NCBI RefSeq assembly: GCF_009914755.1
Contig: NC_060945.1
Length of the DNA stretch: 64,000 bases
Source of the DNA: the human T2T-CHM13v2.0 reference genome, Homo sapiens
Direction: 5' to 3' (one strand)
Part shown: in pieces, positions 56,461 through 64,000 of the stretch
Position numbering within the stretch: the stretch's first letter is position 1
How the letters are laid out: every line of letters starts with the position of its first letter
Made by a program: the position numbers and the translations under genes
Notes under the pieces: model-generated
Seen by the model: only the letters and a program-made list of their open reading frames with translations
Databases searched by the model: none
Told to the model about the DNA's origin: nothing

Positions 56461-57902
56461 ACCGGGGGAACCCTCACTCAACAGAATCAAACATGGCAAT
56501 GGCTCCAGGTGGCCTGCAGACTGGGCTGAGGGGGGACTCACAGCATGGCACATAAATTGACTGAGTTCCACCTGCAGTGAGCCTCCAGGTGGGCTTCACG
56601 AAATCGCCATCGCCTGTGGAAAGGGGAAGGTGCCACTTAGTGTAAGCTGCCTGTGATCTGGCTGGCCTGAGCTGGGGATGCTCAGATGGAGGAAAAGCAG
56701 CCTGCTCTGCACAGACCTGCCAGCCTGCTCACGAGAAGACAGTTTGCTTGTGGACCATGAGTGAGCAGGTGTTACCTCTTGGCTTATCCTGCTAGTCTAT
56801 CATGACTTGAGCTTTGGGGACCTCACAGCAAATTCAGGGCATTGGTAGGGAGCTCACGAGAGGCTGAGCAGGCGCTGAAACTCCCAGCCAGGCCCTTGGT
56901 GTGGATGGCACAGGAAAACAGCTGGTTTTAGTTTGGCCACACACTGACAGTTCTCCATTGTGTGAACACTTGGGGCTTTCTGGTGCGTGAGGCTAGAGTG
57001 AAGAAAGGGAGAGGGTGGCTGTGGACCACCGAAGCTGAAAAATGATGTCCTGTGTCTACACAACGTGCAATTAGATTACTGTCTGCAAGAATGCTGCTGT
57101 TTGATCTGGCAGTGGCCAAGCCAAACCCACAAGGACATCCCAGTTGGCTCGCAAAGCAGTGGTTCCTTTCTCTCCTGTTTTTCTTTTATTATGCTTTACA
57201 GAAACTCTATTATAATGGCAACAGATCTCGTTTCACCACTTGTATTTCATTTCAGGAGCTTGTAAGCACGTTAGGACTGAGGTTTTGTAGAATTCCACTA
57301 TTCGGTTGGGAACTAAGTCCTTCCTTTCTCTCAAAGCACATGGCCTTTTTCTCCGTGGGTACTGGATGGATAGGGATGGACAGAGGGCACTATTCCCAAG
57401 CTGGGTATTCTAGGCAGAAGGAGGTGGGCCATGTTCTGGAAAGACCTAAGCTGCAGAGAGTGCACTTCTCCCGTGGAGGTGTCTGCAAGATAGTCAGGGG
57501 CCACAAAGGTAACAGCCCACAAGTTCTAGCCAAAGAGTAATATTTGACTTACGTAACTTCCCCTTGGACTTGACTTCAAGTGGCATGTGCACTACAGGAA
57601 AGCCCATTATGCATAAGCTAAGAGGAGGGACAATTAGAAGAAGCTATTGGGCCAGGGGCCAGGAGATGGGCTAACTCCCTGGCACAGCTGGCCTGGGGCT
57701 TCCGAGTCTGGAAGGATGCAGGTGCAGGTAGTGGAGCGTTGAGGAGCTGCACTCCTGGCGGGGCTCCTCCAGAGGCAGGCAGCCACACACTGCTCTGCAG
57801 CATCTCATCTGTGAGCCCCTCCGTGGCAGAATCTGCGTCTCCGTGAACCCTGCCTCTGCCCTGGCCCCTCGAGCTGGGCTGACACAGCCCGGTGCTGGTT
57901 CA

Positions 57903-58367
<465 letters not shown>

Positions 58368-58649
58368 TCAGCTTTCTTTTCCCCCATTCCCCTTCAGGAA
58401 GCCCGTTGGATTGTTAATAGCAGAACACTGACTCACCACTTATGTTTCAATTCTTTCAGATCACTGAGCTTGAGCAGCCCCCTAGTGAACCTCTGACCTG
58501 ACACGCCACCCCCTTTACCACCCGCTGTCCAGTCAGGCTGAGCTCCAGCAGCAGCGGTGAACTGGCCCCCCAGAGCACACTGGTTTGGAGATCTAAAAAG
58601 TACAATGGGTCACCAGTCACTGATGAGTGCAGCATCCCTGGAAGTCAGG

Positions 58650-59012
58650 TGTGGGGGTCAGTTTCCTGTGTCAACTTGGCCAGGCCGTAGCACCCAGTGA
58701 CTTAATCAAATGCTAACTGAGGTTGTACTGGGAAGGCATTTGCACAGGTAGCTAGTCAGTTGAACTTGACTAAAGGAGATGATGTCAGATAATGTGAGTG
58801 GGCCTTGTCTAATCAGTTGAAGGCCTTAAGAACAAAGCCTGCGGTTTCCAGAGCAGAAGAAATTCTGCCTACTTTCCAGCCTGCCAGCCTCCCCTGCAGA
58901 TCTCAGACCTGCCCACTCCCACAACTGCATTAGCCAATTCCTTCAAATAAATATCTTAAAATGTAAAAATATCCTATAAGTTCTATTTCTCTAGAGAATC
59001 CCAACTGATACA
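58650..59012 (+). mobile_element. ERVL solo LTR (MLT2-like)
   Basis: tgtgtcaacttggccaggcc...ctaatcagttgaaggcctt...gttctatttctctagagaatcccaactgataca; TSD (t/c)cagg. Confidence 0.8.
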
Positions 59013-59565
59013 CCAGGCCAGCACCCAGACACAATGCCAGGAGACACACTGAGCTCTGGGGGAGACGGGCATGAGCTCTGTATCTTTCTCTTCTACAAAG
59101 GGGATTAGTGTCAGCCACTCCTCTCCCTCCCCCTGGAACATCCTTGTGGGTAGGGGACGATGACACTTGGTGACTGGTTGACATCTGTACATTGCTAGAT
59201 GCCTCAAAGCGGAGGCAGCCTCTGCAGCCAGTGTTCCTCCCCTGCCTATTACAACCCAGCTGCCCTTTTCCTCAAAGGAGGCACGTAGGCCTGGATTGAA
59301 GGCAGATGAGGTCCACCTTGTTCCCTTCATGAACAGCACCTGCCAAACCGACATCACCGAACCCACCGGAGGACCCGGAGGATGAAGAGGATGACATGAT
59401 GGTCTTCACTCGGTATCCACCCACCAAAACACATCACCGATGCTTTAGGAGCTGGAACAGCATTGAAAGTTTACGACGGCAGCAATCTGGGCAATGTTAG
59501 AATTCTATGAGCCCTGAGAGAGGAACTCTTAAAGTTCCCATTGTTTCCTTGAAAGAAAATGTCAA

Positions 59566-59862
59566 GGCCGGGCACGGTGGCTAACACCTGTAATCCCAGC
59601 AATCTGAGAGGCCAAGATGGGTGGATTGAGTTCGAGACCAGCCTGGCCAACATGGTGAAACCCCATCTCTACTAAAAATACAAAATTTAGCCAAGCATGG
59701 TGGCGGATGCCTGTAATCCCAGCTACTCAGGAGGCTGAGGCAGGGGAGTCGCTTGAACCCCGGGGGGTGCAGGTTGCAGTAAGCTGAGATCGTGCCACTT
59801 CCCTGCAGCCTGGGTAAAAAAGAGCAAAACTCCATCTAAAAGAAAAATAAAAAAGAAAGAAA
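59566..59862 (+). mobile_element. AluS
   Basis: Dimer with short deletion; TSD aaagaaaatgtc. Confidence 0.88.
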
Positions 59863-60049
59863 ATGTCCAGTTCCCCTGAAAAAGATGTTTCCTGGAAAGA
59901 GACCCTCAGCGCAGCACCAGCCTTTCACTTGCCTGACAGAAAAACCACCCAAGAGCTTTCCCCAGTCTGCTGCGCTGAGGGCCCTGGGGCGGAACTGCCC
60001 TGGTGTCTTTCTTATGGACTGAAGCTCCTGGTGTCTTTCTTTCTTATAG

Positions 60050-60548
<499 letters not shown>

Positions 60549-61100
60549 AGAATGCTTATTTTATTTTAAATTCGGGAGTAACACAGTGAGAACAATAGAA
60601 ACTTTCATTTCTGGAGCACTGTTCTCGCCTCCTCACTCAGTCTCCCTTCGGAGGCTTGCTGAATCCAGACTGGCCCCAGGCCAGACTCTCAAACAAGGGC
60701 CAGGACATGGCTCACTCTGCCTGTTGTCCATCGGAAATCATCTCAGTGCCCTTTTGTCTGAGATGTTTCCTTCCTCTCTCCCCACTTTCCAACATCCCCC
60801 TCCTCCCTGCAGGTGAATTGCTCATAGGTAGAAATTAGCCTCTGCAGAAGAAAAGCTTTAGAAATGTGTCCCGGTCTTAGTGTCTCTGCCGTGATCACGC
60901 TGGCATATATGGGATCATATGACCCCACCCAAAACAGAATTCATTCAGTGTTTCCAGGCTGTGTTCCACCAACTGATCTACTGCATAAACACTGCTGCAT
61001 TCTTTAGAACATGATTACCCTGCATTCTTCTGTGTTTCCGAAATATATATAGTTAATGATCAACAGAAACATTGTATCAAATGCATAGGATTTATGGGTA

Positions 61101-61330
61101 AAAAATATTTACATGTAATCATTAATTTCCCACAACTTTGGTGTCCTGGACCCATCATTGCATTTTCTATCCAGGTCCTTCTGTAACTCCAGGAATGAAT
61201 CTCTTGATGAGATTCAAAAATATTTACATGTAATCATTAATTTCCCACAACTTTGGTGTCCTGGACCCATCATTGCATTTTCTACCCAGGTCCTTCTGTA
61301 ACTCCAGGAATGAATCTCCTGATGAGATTC
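61101..61330. repeat. Tandem duplication, 2 x 115 bp
   Basis: 61101-61215 vs 61216-61330, two mismatches. Confidence 0.97.
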
Positions 61331-61659
61331 AAGATGGGCCTGCCTCGAGTTCCACTTAAAGGACCAGTGCGGTGGCAATATGTAGCATCAGAGCCAGTGC
61401 ACTTTCAAGAAGCAGATGCACAGACGCAAACTGACTTCTCAGAGTGGAGGAGTGTTCTGGCATCTCCCATCTCCCCATCTGGCACGTCCAGCCTTGCCGT
61501 TGACATTCCCTCTAGGACACTGTGACTTGGCACCTTCATTAACACCACACTAGGAATTGACGCAACCGTTTCCAGACTTATAAACTATGACACTTATAAT
61601 AAACCTTTTTAGCGTTAAAACATATATGTAACAAAAAGGCCCCATTACAGCTTCAACAG

Positions 61660-61880
61660 AGTGGAAAATGCTCAGGGTGTGGAGTCAAACACTCCTGGTT
61701 TAAATCCAAACTCTGATTCCATTTAAGTGGTGATTTGGGGTCAGACTGGAAATGCCTGATCACAGGTTTCTTCATCCATCAAATGGGGTCAAGTATACTT
61801 CATGAGGGGCTGCTCGGAGGACTGAGGGGCTACTGGATATAAAAGGGCTTTGTACACAGTAAAGTTTCCGAAAATGTGAG
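61660..61880 (+). mobile_element. MIR SINE
   Basis: ggagtcaaacactcctggtttaaatcc...ggtttcttcatccatcaaatgggg. Confidence 0.55.
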
Positions 61881-62479
61881 CTGTTCTTATGACCTGATGG
61901 TAGATTATGCAACATTTCGAAGAAATAATCTGTTCTTTATCCTAAGATTTGATATTCTTTTTCCTGAATATATATGGGGTATTAGATCATAATTGAAATT
62001 AATTTTACTTTTCAAAACTACACAGAATTCAACACTTTTTGAGGGCCAGGGACAGTTCTGCATTTGGTAATACATTTTACGTGACAGTTGTATGTTCATG
62101 ACAAACTCAGGGAAGCTAATAATTATGGGAGACACCGGAGAGGGCTTTATGTGTAAGCTAAGAGGAGGAAAAAAAAAAAAAACAAACAGCAGGCATTAAG
62201 AGAAGAGGACCGCAGAGATCAGAGGGTGGGGTGAGGGTGGAGGGCAGACAATGGAGATCCACTAGCAAATTCAAGTGGCTTGGACATACGCCGCACTGCC
62301 TGGCCACTAGCTGACACTCTCCCTTTGTGAAAACATAAGACGGCATTATTTTCCAGGCAATCAAACCTCAGATGAATTCTGCCATATGTGGGCAAGGCTC
62401 CCCTCCCACAGAGCCCTCGTGCCTGGGAAATAGAATTGAACACATCTTCAAAGAGAGTTCTTGGTAAATATACTACTAA

Positions 62480-62767
<288 letters not shown>

Positions 62768-62845
62768 TGACTGACTTCCACTTTGCCTTTGCAAAGGATA
62801 GGAAAATGGGAGGTCAGGGAGAGAAAGGGGCGGAAGTCTCCTTAC

Positions 62846-63063
62846 CTTGAGCCATTCACCTGGCTAGGGTTACATTCCATTTTGATGGTGACCCTGGCTG
62901 GGGGTTGAGACAGCCAATCCTGCTGAGGGACGCGTGGGCTCATCTTGGAAGTCTGTCCATAGTCGCTGGAGGAGGACGCGGTCATCTCTGTCTTAGCCAG
63001 GTGTGGCGTTCCGTAGGCACACTCAAACAACGACTGGTCCTCACTCACAACTGATAAGGCTTC
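62846..63063 (-). CDS. ERG: ERG coding exon, 218 nt ([18 protein letters not shown]...NPSQVNGS); the usual TMPRSS2:ERG fusion acceptor exon
   Basis: Translation matches the ERG N-terminus; acceptor cattcAG at 63064-63065, donor GTaag at 62844-62845; phase 0 to phase 2. Confidence 0.98.
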
Positions 63064-64000
63064 CTGAATGCCCAAAGAAACACATAATTCAAGACACTCC
63101 AACAGACAGTCATGTTTCAAAAAGTTGTTGATTTCAGAGTCCTTTCTAACTGGGACCACATTTTAGATCGTTTTTATGGTCTCCATTTCTACCTTTCAGA
63201 AGAAAAAAGTAGCTTGTTTTTCTTTCCTCGGGACAGTAAGAGTTAGAAATGCCAGCCTAGAAAAACTTTTATGCAGGTCTCGAAGCATCCCAGGCTTGAC
63301 TGTGGCAGGGCAGCAGAATATCCACTTTAATCTCAACTTAAGGAAGTTGAATTTCAAAGGTCTTAGAAGACATCCAATTGCATGTGTCACTATTTGACAA
63401 ATGCAATCTATAATTCAAGCAGACAGGGTACAGAGCGGTCATGAGGATTAAAAAAAAGAAATCTGAAGGCCAACACCTAAGCATCTGGCAAAATTGCCAC
63501 ATTCCTGGGGATTTTGCGGAAGAGGGACTTAGAGGAAGACAGAGGGATCAATGGAGCACCAAAGGGCAACCAACCAAAGATACAAACGTTTCCACTCTAA
63601 GTTATTAGCCGAAGTACAGTTTCAAGTGGTGCTTCCATGATGGTGAGCATCTGGATGATAAATGAACCAAAAAAAAAAAAAAAAAAAAAAAAGCTGTGAA
63701 GTATCCAGATGCTTCCAAACAGCAGGATGTTTAAAATATCTGGATCACTGACAAGCTCTTTTTTCCCCTTACTTTCAATTAATATCTTCGCTCTTTTGCA
63801 TGATTTGGTGAGAAGAAATAGCAATTTGTCATTGTTGGATCAATCATTTTTCGTGGTTTTAAGTCAAACAAGTGGTTAGCCAATGGCTATGTTTATATTC
63901 TACAGCCAATGAGCAACGGCAAGTTTGGGAAATTTCAACGACTTAAATGATGGCTTGTGCTGCAATGACACAGAGCTGTTGTGATACAATCCAATTTTGG

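Overview
Human (primate) genomic DNA, not prokaryotic. The window holds the 3' part of the ETS-family transcription factor gene ERG (chr21q22) on the minus strand. It contains nine coding exons of 218, 152, 204, 81, 72, 69, 57, 48 and 521 coding nt, all with GT-AG boundaries read directly from the sequence. They encode the N-terminus (lacking the first few residues), the PNT/SAM domain, the central alternatively spliced region, the ETS domain and the C-terminal activation domain. About 0.8 kb of 3' UTR is also present; the promoter and first exons lie beyond the right edge. Introns are filled with Alu, L1, L2, MIR, MaLR/ERVL LTR and MER DNA-transposon relics and microsatellites. Notable non-canonical items: (i) a cryptic first-exon module (ATG-MEVFRQT, GTGAG donor, two DUX4-type motifs) in frame with the 69-nt exon, matching the ERGalt isoform of DUX4-rearranged B-ALL; (ii) the ERG8-type intronic read-through tail with tandem AATAAA; (iii) six consecutive symmetric phase-1 exons; (iv) a 3-kb intronic cluster of rearrangement scars (fused inverted Alus, a ~137-bp non-Alu inverted repeat, a 340-bp uninterrupted purine-pyrimidine alternation, micro-duplications); (v) a recent 115-bp tandem duplication ending in a hairpin. 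I cannot claim a new biological system. The best unexplained signals are the long inverted repeat and the candidate ETS-rich intronic enhancer. Repeat subfamily names are by eye and their boundaries are approximate.
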